Assembly: GCA_048882385.1 (NCBI GenBank)
Contig: JBHLRQ010000086.1
Coordinates: forward strand, 1-10,908
Direction: 5' to 3'
DNA length: 10,908 nt
Origin: Candidatus Thorarchaeota archaeon
GTDB taxonomy: Archaea > Asgardarchaeota > Thorarchaeia > Thorarchaeales > Thorarchaeaceae
Shown: positions 1-7,769 of the stretch, in pieces
Numbering within the stretch: the stretch's first letter is position 1
How the letters are laid out: the number at the start of each line of letters is the position of its first letter
Program-made: the position numbers and the translations under genes
Notes under the pieces: generated by a model
The model's database searches: none
What the model was told of the DNA's origin: nothing
Seen by the model: only the letters and a program-made list of their open reading frames with translations

Positions 1-1089
1 ATCACAGACATCCTTTCCAGTACTAGAACACCAGATGAAAGATTAGGAGACCTCTCAGCACAAGTTGCCGCAAATCTTGTTGGAATTAAGAGACTCGAAG
101 AAGTTCAGAAGACCTATGGAGGGCCATCATTACTAAGGACTTTCACCGAACTCAGGAACTACTCAGCAACTATGATGAGTAATGTACTATTTTCATACAG
201 TGGAGCGAAAGCACATTTTACCGATGTCCTTGATAGTGATGGAGCTGGTCAATGGGAAATACCAATATCAATCAGTCTAGAGATAAACAGAGCTGGAGCG
301 TTGATTGACTTCAAAGGAACTTCGGATCAAGTCAATGGAAATGTAAACTGTCCTCTTGCATCCACTCTGTCTTCTGTCTATTACGTCTTCATTGCGCTGT
401 TTGGTCAAGGCATTCCAGTGAATGAAGGTTGCTGGAGAATAATTGATGTGAAAATCCCTGAAGGTTCTTTGTTGAATCCAAAATATCCAGCGGCTGTGTC
501 TGCAGGAAATGTTGAAACCTCACAAAGAATCGTTGATGTCACATTGGGTGCTCTATCTGAAATATTTCCGGACATTGTGCCTGCGGCTAGTCAGGGTACG
601 ATGAACAATCTCACAATCGGCGGAATCGATCCACATACTGAGAGATCTTTCTCATTCTATGAAACCATTGGAGGAGGTTCAGGAGCATCGAAGGGAAATG
701 ATGGTACCAGTGGAATTCACACGCATATGACGAATACTTTGAACACACCGATAGAGTCACTAGAAACAGAATATCCACTCATGGTTCGTAAATACTCTAT
801 AAGAAGAGATTCTGGAGGACAGGGTATGTGGAAGGGCGGTGACGGTATCATCAGAGAGATTGAGATTCTTGCTGATAAGTGTACAATTTCAATACAATCA
901 GAAAGACGATATTCCGAACCATGGGGGCTCAATGAGGGGAAAGCTGGAACAAGCGGACGGAACACATTGATTTATGATGACCGATTATTTCCATTAGAAG
1001 CTAAAACAACGGTAGTGGCTCCAAAGGGATCTAGAGTACAGATTGAAACACCTGGTGGAGGAGGGTTTGGACCCCCCTCCAAGCCTTAG
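1..1089 (+). CDS. Hydantoinase B / 5-oxoprolinase subunit family protein (5'-partial)
   Basis: Frame +1 is open from base 1 (ITDILSSTRTPDERLGDLSAQVAAN...), so the true start lies upstream of the window rather than at 172. Family motifs are present: DFKGTS.Q..GNVNCP, P.PAAV.AGNVETSQRIVD, AASQGTMNN, YETIGGGSGA, HTHMTNTLNTPIESLE, DSGG.G..KGGDG and terminal TPGGGGFG. Confidence 0.92.
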   Translation: MTDILSSTRTPDERLGDLSAQVAANLVGIKRLEEVQKTYGGPSLLRTFTELRNYSATMMSNVLFSYSGAKAHFTDVLDSDGAGQWEIPISISLEINRAGALIDFKGTSDQVNGNVNCPLASTLSSVYYVFIALFGQGIPVNEGCWRIIDVKIPEGSLLNPKYPAAVSAGNVETSQRIVDVTLGALSEIFPDIVPAASQGTMNNLTIGGIDPHTERSFSFYETIGGGSGASKGNDGTSGIHTHMTNTLNTPIESLETEYPLMVRKYSIRRDSGGQGMWKGGDGIIREIEILADKCTISIQSERRYSEPWGLNEGKAGTSGRNTLIYDDRLFPLEAKTTVVAPKGSRVQIETPGGGGFGPPSKP

Positions 1090-1103
1090 GAAGCAAGAGA
1101 ATC

Positions 1104-1850
1104 TTAAACTGCGACGGAAACGGAGCCGTCAACAGCGTTAATCTTCAATGTCTGTTTCTTTTCACCTGCAGTGATATTTACGTAGTAGATTGGGACATAG
1201 AACCCTTCTAGTTTCTTAAATTCCAGAGAATGAGAGGTAATCCGTTTTGCACCAGATGGTTTCTGTCCAGCCATCTTTGAAACAACTTTTACTACCTTTT
1301 CAAGACTGTTGAATTTCCCAGGTGAAACTTTATTTTTCTTAATCCAAGCGGGACTGGCACTTTTCTTACCTGGACCCTTCAAGAGCTTCTCAAATGCTCG
1401 AGCTGGTCCACCAGTTCTCCCATCAAGAATCATTCCATCGCTTCTTTTAATCTCAAAGAGCTCTATCATGTTGACTTTGATTGAATGAAAATTCCCCTTC
1501 TTCTTAGGCGTGAATACTTCCTTACCAATCAATGCTCCTTTCACTTGCTCTGTAACTCCAATCTCTTGAGGTCTTATTCTCAGGAATCTGACATCTAGAT
1601 CTGCATCATACGAGCAATAGAAGTCGTATTTTAGTGAAGGTTTTCCAACCTTGATCTCGCCAGAACTAATTCCTAGAATCTCAGCAGCATCAGACTCAGC
1701 AATCTTCTTGGCTTTGTCAGGCTTGATCTTGGACCCAAAATAATAGAGCTTCTTCTTCTTACTGTCAACCGACATTTTTGCATGAGCACCTGTCACCTTG
1801 AACAAAGATGGTGAAAGGGCGGCTTCCTTCTTCGATTTCTTCTTTGCCAT
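1104..1850 (-). CDS. Hypothetical Lys-rich basic protein (248 aa)
   Basis: Long ORF with ATG start, 52 bp downstream of the gltX stop on the same strand, and convergent with the hydantoinase gene (14-bp gap). It ends in a beta-strand-like segment (FYVPIYYV...LKINAVDGSV). No family recognised. Confidence 0.8.
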   Translation of the reverse strand: MAKKKSKKEAALSPSLFKVTGAHAKMSVDSKKKKLYYFGSKIKPDKAKKIAESDAAEILGISSGEIKVGKPSLKYDFYCSYDADLDVRFLRIRPQEIGVTEQVKGALIGKEVFTPKKKGNFHSIKVNMIELFEIKRSDGMILDGRTGGPARAFEKLLKGPGKKSASPAWIKKNKVSPGKFNSLEKVVKVVSKMAGQKPSGAKRITSHSLEFKKLEGFYVPIYYVNITAGEKKQTLKINAVDGSVSVAV

Positions 1851-1902
1851 AATGATCCACTATACTAACGGAGGACTGATATCTATATGTTCTCTTTGGC
1901 TG

Positions 1903-3639
1903 CTACTTGTGAGCGAAGGAAGCTCTAACAGGATCACCAACATCATAGATTTTAGCAAATCCGACTCTTTCAAACTGGAGAAATGTGCCAACTTTGAAAT
2001 TTGAGATACTTGGCTCACCAAAACCGGATTCAATAGAACCATCTATCATTGTGAGCTCGACTGGTATTGATTTTTCCTTGGGAATCCAATGAATGATTGT
2101 ACCACCTATCTTTCTGACTTCATCTACATGCAGACTGTGCAGATTAAGTTTTAGAGGGTTCATTTCTTCAACTGAGAAATTAGCGTAATCCTTCAGACGT
2201 ACTATACTCCCTTTTTTCATTTTTCTGTAATCTGTCTGTGCAACCCCGACTGTACCTGAACCTTTACTGATACTCAGAGGTATTTTTCTGAACCCTTGCT
2301 TTGGAAAATCAGGATGAACAGGAACTTCAGCAAATTTAAGATCTTGAGGAACGTTTTCGATTTTCGCCCAGACAGGGTTTCTAACAAAGAAAGCTCTAGG
2401 TGCATATGCATCCCTCAATTTGCGATTCTCAGAATATACTGATTTCATAGAGATTGAGATATCAACTATACTGAGCCCCAAGTCTAGCATTACTTTACGG
2501 AGTGCACGTTGGTCTATGCCACGTTTTTCTAGTGATTGCATACTCCAGGTTCTTGGGTCATCCCAGCCAGAGTATTTCCCTGAAAGGACTTCAGCACGCG
2601 ATTTGCTTTTACTCAATTTTGCATCTTCAAACTTCAAACGACCATAGTAAAGCAGTTCGGGTTCTTGCCACCCATATATTCTCCATATATGCTGCTCAAT
2701 CTTTCCTTCCTTCACAAGATCTTTTCCACGAACAATATGAGATATTCCAAGTTCATGATCATCTATTCCCCAGGAGTACTCTAGCAGTGGCCAGACTCTA
2801 TATTTAGAACCAACTCTCGGATGCTCAGTTTCAGATATTCGAAGAATAACATGGTCACGCATAGCTGGATCGGGATCTGTCATTCCTGTCTTTAATCGGA
2901 CAGCAGCAGCTCTCTCTGGATAGGTTCCATCCAGCATCTGTTCCCATCTTGTGAGATTATTATCAACTGATAGGCTACGACAGTTACAAGGGATACCTTT
3001 GATCTTGTGCTCTTTCCTCCAGACATTTGCATCGCAATCACAGACATATGCTTCTTTCTTCTTAATCAAATCAACAGCATAATCGTAGAACAGCTGGAGT
3101 CTGTCAGACTTATAGACAGTCTTGTGGACTTTCACATCTAAGTACTCAAGACTCTCAGGAATGAGATCAAAAGCTTCAGGTTCAACAACTTTCTCAGCAG
3201 ATCCAATAGTATCATCAAAGACTAGGATAAGTTCGCCATTGTAACGTTTGACATAATAATCGTTCAATAGTACCATCCTAGAATTTCCTACATGCAGGGG
3301 TCCAGAAGGAAATGGGGCAAGCCGCATGACTATCTTTTTCCACTTATTCGCATTAGGTAGCTCAGGAGGTTCCCTATCTTCTGTTGTTTCTATTTCATTA
3401 TCTGTTTCAAGAAGCTCAGGAGCAATCTGTTTGAGTTCAGCAATCTGGTCTTCAATGGACATCTTGCTGACTTCGTCAACAATCTGTTCTACAAGCCTTT
3501 TCACTTCTCCTGCATGAGATCGTAGGTCAGCCCTTGAACCGAGGAGTGCATTCATTACCGACTTAGCACTAGGCTTTCCGTTGTACTTGATTGCATTGTC
3601 AAGTACAGCCTTTCGAACCTCAAGTTCTAGATTTTCCAT
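1903..3639 (-). CDS. gltX: Glutamate--tRNA ligase (archaeal type)
   Basis: Class I HIGH-region RLAPFPSGPLHVGN, FDDT, Zn-site AYVCDC...PCNCR, HPRVG..YRVWP, DDHELGISHIVRGKD, KMSKS-equivalent KLSKS, GWDDPR, and C-terminal IIHW / QFERVGF...FAHK of archaeal GluRS. The N-terminus has the archaeal ALDNAIKY.GK-like helical extension (AVLDNAIKYNGK). I prefer the ATG at 3639 (MENLELE) over 3675 because it is preceded by GGAG. Confidence 0.96.
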   Translation of the reverse strand: MENLELEVRKAVLDNAIKYNGKPSAKSVMNALLGSRADLRSHAGEVKRLVEQIVDEVSKMSIEDQIAELKQIAPELLETDNEIETTEDREPPELPNANKWKKIVMRLAPFPSGPLHVGNSRMVLLNDYYVKRYNGELILVFDDTIGSAEKVVEPEAFDLIPESLEYLDVKVHKTVYKSDRLQLFYDYAVDLIKKKEAYVCDCDANVWRKEHKIKGIPCNCRSLSVDNNLTRWEQMLDGTYPERAAAVRLKTGMTDPDPAMRDHVILRISETEHPRVGSKYRVWPLLEYSWGIDDHELGISHIVRGKDLVKEGKIEQHIWRIYGWQEPELLYYGRLKFEDAKLSKSKSRAEVLSGKYSGWDDPRTWSMQSLEKRGIDQRALRKVMLDLGLSIVDISISMKSVYSENRKLRDAYAPRAFFVRNPVWAKIENVPQDLKFAEVPVHPDFPKQGFRKIPLSISKGSGTVGVAQTDYRKMKKGSIVRLKDYANFSVEEMNPLKLNLHSLHVDEVRKIGGTIIHWIPKEKSIPVELTMIDGSIESGFGEPSISNFKVGTFLQFERVGFAKIYDVGDPVRASFAHK

Positions 3640-3691
3640 TGAAACAGCTCCAATTGGTCTGTCCTCTAACTTCATTTAACTTTGACTGGCA

Positions 3692-3730
3692 GAATTGAAA
3701 AAGATTCACCACGGAGACGCTTATTTGGTA
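3692..3730. promoter_or_regulatory. Possible back-to-back archaeal promoters for gltX (-) and the Cys-rich gene (+)
   Basis: The minus strand reads GAATCTTTTTCAA (about 3696-3708) and the plus strand reads GAGACGCTTATTT (3714-3726). Each is a purine-rich BRE-like segment plus a T-rich box, 50-60 nt upstream of the respective start. The match to the TATA consensus is weak. Confidence 0.3.
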
Positions 3731-3776
3731 TTCAGGGGGTGGAGTATGGGAGAACATTATCTTAGGTGCGCGAATC

Positions 3777-4082
3777 GTGTCTGAGTTGAAGTGTTGTAAG
3801 AGATGTGGTGCGTTTCTAACATGCACTACTAAAGGCGAGTGTTGTCCAGAGTGTGAATTCTTTGACCCTGTGGACAACCTGTGTATGGCTATTCCTAAGA
3901 AGAAGAGAGAAAAACAGGTAAGAGAAGAAGAACCTGAGGAAATAGATCCAGACACTTATCTCTTTGAAGATGATGATGAGGAAGAGGATTTCAGTGATCT
4001 ACCTCCAGAGCGAGACTCTGATGAAGATGAGGATGATATTGACGACGATGATGACTTTGGATTTGATGACGACGATTGGTAA
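3777..4082 (+). CDS. Small Cys-rich (probable Zn-binding) protein with a long acidic C-terminal tail
   Basis: GTG start preceded by an SD-like AGGTG. There are 8 Cys in the first ~37 aa (CCKRC...C...CCPEC...C), then a basic patch (KKKREK) and a D/E-rich tail ending DDDDDFGFDDDDW. Confidence 0.8.
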   Translation: MSELKCCKRCGAFLTCTTKGECCPECEFFDPVDNLCMAIPKKKREKQVREEEPEEIDPDTYLFEDDDEEEDFSDLPPERDSDEDEDDIDDDDDFGFDDDDW

Positions 4083-4087
4083 TCTTC

Positions 4088-4855
4088 TCAAATGTTAACG
4101 AAATACAATCCCATCAACGCAATAGCAATCATTACTAATAATGTTGCATTTCCAACTAGCCAGCTTCTTGCATTCTTCTGGCTGATTTTTATTGGTCCAA
4201 GCGGTTTTAATCCAGTTGGAGCATTATGGAGAGGTTCAGCTGCAATCCAGAGAATCTCCAGTGGGTTTGCATCGCTTGGAAAAATATCCAAATAAAGATG
4301 AGAAGCATATCCTAAGAGGAAAAGGGCAGCAATATAGTACTCTACCTCTGCGCCAATTGAAAGCCCATTAGCTATTGCAGTAGCAATATTGATCAAAGTC
4401 GTGAGAATAATCAACAAAGACAATATCACTGAATGAAATATGATATTTCGATGTCTAGAAATTCCTAGGAATTGTATATCCCAATCTGGCATCAGTGCCC
4501 CTGCAACAGTGATAACTCCTCCAATGAATACCGAAATACCACCGATAATCGCAATGCCGCTGTACATCTGATAAACAACAGACCCTGCCAGAGAACCAAC
4601 ACAGAATGAAACGAAAAATATTGCACTCACAGAGCTCCTGTTGCTTGTTGTGCGAGCTCGCATGTCTTTATTCGGAGCTTTCCAATAGAGAATTGGAACT
4701 GAAACAATACTGACTCCTATTCCACCCGCAATATAGAAGAATAGAAGGTCAGGGAGAGATCCACCGACATCTACAAACACGGTAAACCCATAGATTAAGG
4801 TATAGAGACCAACGAAAAGTGTAAACGCAAATACAATGTGTGAAAGACGATTCAT
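4088..4855 (-). CDS. Membrane-bound metal-dependent hydrolase, YdjM/DUF457-like
   Basis: Multiple hydrophobic TM segments plus the family motif order: N-terminal His (SHIVF), GALMPDWD, HRNIIFHS and GYASHLYLD. The ATG at 4855 (MNRLSH) is preferred over the TTG at 4861. Confidence 0.8.
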   Translation of the reverse strand: MNRLSHIVFAFTLFVGLYTLIYGFTVFVDVGGSLPDLLFFYIAGGIGVSIVSVPILYWKAPNKDMRARTTSNRSSVSAIFFVSFCVGSLAGSVVYQMYSGIAIIGGISVFIGGVITVAGALMPDWDIQFLGISRHRNIIFHSVILSLLIILTTLINIATAIANGLSIGAEVEYYIAALFLLGYASHLYLDIFPSDANPLEILWIAAEPLHNAPTGLKPLGPIKISQKNARSWLVGNATLLVMIAIALMGLYFVNI

Positions 4856-4904
4856 CTTCAAACCCCGGGGTCCTGAAGTACTAAAGAGAGGTTCTTCGTT
4901 GGTC

Positions 4905-7217
4905 TTATTTCTTTCCTCTTAACCCTGGGAACCAATATATTGTACTCTTAGAGTAGCTTCTTTGCTCTTTTGCTACGCCATTTGATATTAGAAGTTCCAA
5001 GGCATTCTTCACACGTTCCTCAGTCCATTCTAGATTTACAACTGCATCCTCAATACTGATACGTCCATCCTTTTTTGCTGCAAGACTAAGAATTTGCTGT
5101 GGATCATTAGTGAGCGCAACAGGCACGAATTCCACCATTAGAGCACCACCCTCGATTGTTGATAGACCTTGAATCAGGCCTTCTTTTGCCATTTCTTCAA
5201 CAATACTCTCAATTTCATCAGGGTGTGATCCCCACCCACTTTCATCTAGTCTAACGAGTAGCTCAGAGAACAGCATGATACCGCCAAATTGCTTTGAATC
5301 AGCAGCTATCCGTAAAATATCACGTCGGAGTCCATCGGTTCTGTCATCCCGTTTCAGAAGTCGTTTTACCATTCCTGACTTCCCTTTTGCTTCAGCAATC
5401 CAAGATTCAGGCTCATATCCAAGTTCAGACAGGAGCTCAACCAGAGCTGTTCTATATGCTGGGATGCCCAACAGAGTAGCACCTTGTTTTTCGAAGACTT
5501 CCCAGAGACGAGCTCTGATCATATCAAGGCGTCTCGAACGATCTACTAGCTCGTCTAGACGAACAGAAAGTTGATCCTCATGGGAAAGGGAGTTGATGAT
5601 TATTGGAATAGCAACATCACTAGTTGAAGTAAGAGTGAATTCGAGTGTCTTCTCGAAATATCCTGGGGCATTCACAACACCTTCATAATTGCTCATTGGC
5701 AATGAAACTTCAATTGTACCTTTATTATCGGATTTTGCCTGCAAAACTCCTAGGTCAAGTTTCGCATTCTCCACAGGGCGACCAGTTTCATCTTGGATAT
5801 GGAATCTCACTCTACAGAGAGACCCATCTGGTGCAACTGCAAGTTTCTTCTTTCTATGCTTTAACTTTGTTTCAGGAGTTCCAGATATGATATTTCTGAT
5901 CTCTGAAATGTATGTCTGTTTGACAAGTCCATCTTGGAGGAGGGATTCCGCTCCTTCTAGAATCGAGTCACGAGATTCCTTCACAGCAAGAAGATTATAG
6001 TTCTGAGAGGAATCACGGATGAATTTCCTGAGAGCAACATCATTATTGGCTCGTTCACTCAGAAGTGAAGCTACTGCATCAAAAGCACGAGATGGTGTTT
6101 CAAAAACATCAACAAAATCGCGTCGACGACTTACTTTCTCACCATTTGTGACAAGTTGCGATAACGTGTAGACATCAATTCGTAATTGCCCTTTCTTAGA
6201 GAAACCTGCTAAAAAGAAAGGTATCATGATTAGTGTACCCTTGTCTCCAGCATTTTCAATCGATATTGGAACTGACAGATCCGAAAGGTTTGACAACTGC
6301 TCTTGTATTAATTTACTGGCGGATTGAGCTTCTGCAAAAAATCCATCTCTTTCTATTAGAAGATCCCGAGCTGTTTCTTGAATATCTGAGAGTATTTCAT
6401 CTCTCCTAGATTTGTCTCTTTGTAAAGCAGCCTGTCTAGATTCTATAGTGTTCTTGAGATCTTTTATTCTGTCTTTCTTCTTTTCAGACGATGATGCAGA
6501 AACCAATGTGAGTTCAGATTCAAGTTCAACAATCTGCTTCTCTAGAGACTTAATTCTGAGTTCTAATCTTGATAATGTTGATTGAGAGGCATCTTCCTTG
6601 GATCCAACTGTATTTTCAACTCTCGACGATATCGAATCTACAAGTTCAGTTATGGTGTCTTCAACAGAACTTAGAGTATCTGCTGTTTCTCGTAGCAGAT
6701 CTATTGATCTTGTGAATTCTTTTTGTCCAAGAAGACCAGAAAGGTTGACTGCGAAGGGCTCAATATTATTCCTAAGAGGTCGTTCAAGTATATGTGCGAC
6801 ACCACGTGACATTAGTCCACTCATCAAGCCAAGAAGGGTTGTACGACTTGTTGCTCTGAGTGGAGAAATTAGCGTACGTGCTATCTTTATGGCTGCTAGA
6901 AGATCACCTGTATCGATATTTTCCATCAACGAGGTCACATCTGGATTTTTGTGACATGTCAAAGATTCACTAGTAAGTCCAAATAGTTCTACTAGGAAAC
7001 TGCGATTTGTGAATGGAGATTGTATAATAACAACAGGTAGATAGCACTTCAAAATGAACTCAAGTTCACGACCCTCTCTCTGGTCAATGGCACGCATTAC
7101 CATACCAGCTAGAACATAGTCTTCTGGCACAGCTTGTTCCATTGGTTGACCTCCGGCCAACTGGAGTCTCCTCGTAGCTGTGGCAGGTACAATGAGGTTC
7201 CAGCGTTCAAGGTCCAT
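4905..7217 (-). CDS. Large coiled-coil protein with an Ig/transthyretin-like domain and a C-terminal ESCRT-II Vps22/Vps36 (EAP30)-like domain
   Basis: The last ~225 aa follow the Vps22/SNF8 pattern: P.YR..L.ELL..LGYEP, GGIMLFSELL, VP.ALT.D...IL.LA...G.ISI......L.W..ER...AL..L...G.A, and YWFPGL. About 5590-5820 is a beta-sandwich (FHIQDETGRPVENA...SDNKG...Y...V.APGY). A heptad coiled coil lies at about 6280-6700. The start is uncertain (7256, 7241, 7217, or 7142 which has a GGAGGT SD). Confidence 0.8.
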   Translation of the reverse strand: MDLERWNLIVPATATRRLQLAGGQPMEQAVPEDYVLAGMVMRAIDQREGRELEFILKCYLPVVIIQSPFTNRSFLVELFGLTSESLTCHKNPDVTSLMENIDTGDLLAAIKIARTLISPLRATSRTTLLGLMSGLMSRGVAHILERPLRNNIEPFAVNLSGLLGQKEFTRSIDLLRETADTLSSVEDTITELVDSISSRVENTVGSKEDASQSTLSRLELRIKSLEKQIVELESELTLVSASSSEKKKDRIKDLKNTIESRQAALQRDKSRRDEILSDIQETARDLLIERDGFFAEAQSASKLIQEQLSNLSDLSVPISIENAGDKGTLIMIPFFLAGFSKKGQLRIDVYTLSQLVTNGEKVSRRRDFVDVFETPSRAFDAVASLLSERANNDVALRKFIRDSSQNYNLLAVKESRDSILEGAESLLQDGLVKQTYISEIRNIISGTPETKLKHRKKKLAVAPDGSLCRVRFHIQDETGRPVENAKLDLGVLQAKSDNKGTIEVSLPMSNYEGVVNAPGYFEKTLEFTLTSTSDVAIPIIINSLSHEDQLSVRLDELVDRSRRLDMIRARLWEVFEKQGATLLGIPAYRTALVELLSELGYEPESWIAEAKGKSGMVKRLLKRDDRTDGLRRDILRIAADSKQFGGIMLFSELLVRLDESGWGSHPDEIESIVEEMAKEGLIQGLSTIEGGALMVEFVPVALTNDPQQILSLAAKKDGRISIEDAVVNLEWTEERVKNALELLISNGVAKEQRSYSKSTIYWFPGLRGKK

Positions 7218-7271
7218 CGTGATTCCTATAGTTGAAGTCATAGGAATGCTTTTCATACTTTCTTATGGAGA

Positions 7272-7288
7272 GACGATTATTAATTTGA
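7272..7288. promoter_or_regulatory. AT-rich element between divergent genes, possible bidirectional TATA box
   Basis: ATTATTAATTT lies about 35-40 nt upstream of ATG 7319 and upstream of the starts of the divergent Vps22-like gene. Confidence 0.3.
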
Positions 7289-7318
7289 ACGCGCCTCACA
7301 CATTTTGGAGCAAAGTGA

Positions 7319-7705
7319 ATGAGAAGAAATGATCCACTACTCCTACCAATTTGTCCCATATGTGGAAAATACAAAGGAGTAGGATATTGCAGAGACCCAA
7401 ATTGTCGCGGGTCAAAAATCATATCTAAAAGAGAAAATGAACTAACAATCAGAAAGAGATCCAATAACAAGTCATGTAGTCTTTGTGATAACGACGCCAT
7501 TCTATCTTGCTGTAGATGTTACCTGGGATACTGCAAGAAACATGGAATTGCTGAAAATGAAGAGTATCTTGTGAAATTAGATCAACGTGTAGGAACATGC
7601 TCTATATGCAAACAGATAGTGTGTGAAAATTGTTGGATTCTTGAAGGAGATGGAGCTATAACGTGTCTAGAGCATCACGAAGGTGGTTCCAGACATCATA
7701 AGTAA
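7319..7705 (+). CDS. Multi-zinc-finger protein (Zn ribbon + B-box/treble-clef-like modules)
   Basis: There are 15 Cys in 128 aa, arranged as CPIC-x8-CRDPNC; CSLC-x7-CCRC-x4-CKKH; CSIC-x4-CENC-x10-CLEH. Confidence 0.75.
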   Translation: MRRNDPLLLPICPICGKYKGVGYCRDPNCRGSKIISKRENELTIRKRSNNKSCSLCDNDAILSCCRCYLGYCKKHGIAENEEYLVKLDQRVGTCSICKQIVCENCWILEGDGAITCLEHHEGGSRHHK

Positions 7706-7735
7706 TCCGTAAATAATCGAGCCCTATACGTAACG

Positions 7736-7752
7736 GTCAAACATTTATGGAT
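7736..7752 (+). promoter_or_regulatory. Putative BRE/TATA element for the 7770-9736 gene pair
   Basis: GTCAAACATTTATGG has its TTTAT at 7744-7748, about 25 nt upstream of ATG 7770. This spacing fits a leaderless or short-leader archaeal transcript. Confidence 0.35.
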
Positions 7753-7769
7753 AAGCGTAACCTGAGTTA

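Noticed and set aside
172-174. ATG at 172 as start of the hydantoinase B gene
   Set aside because: The frame is open and family-like (RTPDERLGDLSAQVAAN) back to base 1, so the gene is 5'-truncated by the window.
3281-3325. HVGN instead of HIGH in GluRS
   Set aside because: This is within the normal variation of class I synthetase motifs, and the other catalytic motifs are intact.
4862-4871. 10-bp palindrome ACCCCGGGGT
   Set aside because: It occurs once and overlaps the probable ribosome-binding region of the 4855 gene. There is no other support for an operator.
6280-6700. SMC/Rad50-like protein
   Set aside because: No Walker A/B or ABC signature motif appears anywhere in the ORF.
7319-7705. 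ArfGAP zinc finger or multiheme cytochrome
   Set aside because: The Cys spacing does not match ArfGAP, the catalytic Arg position is absent, and there are no CxxCH motifs.
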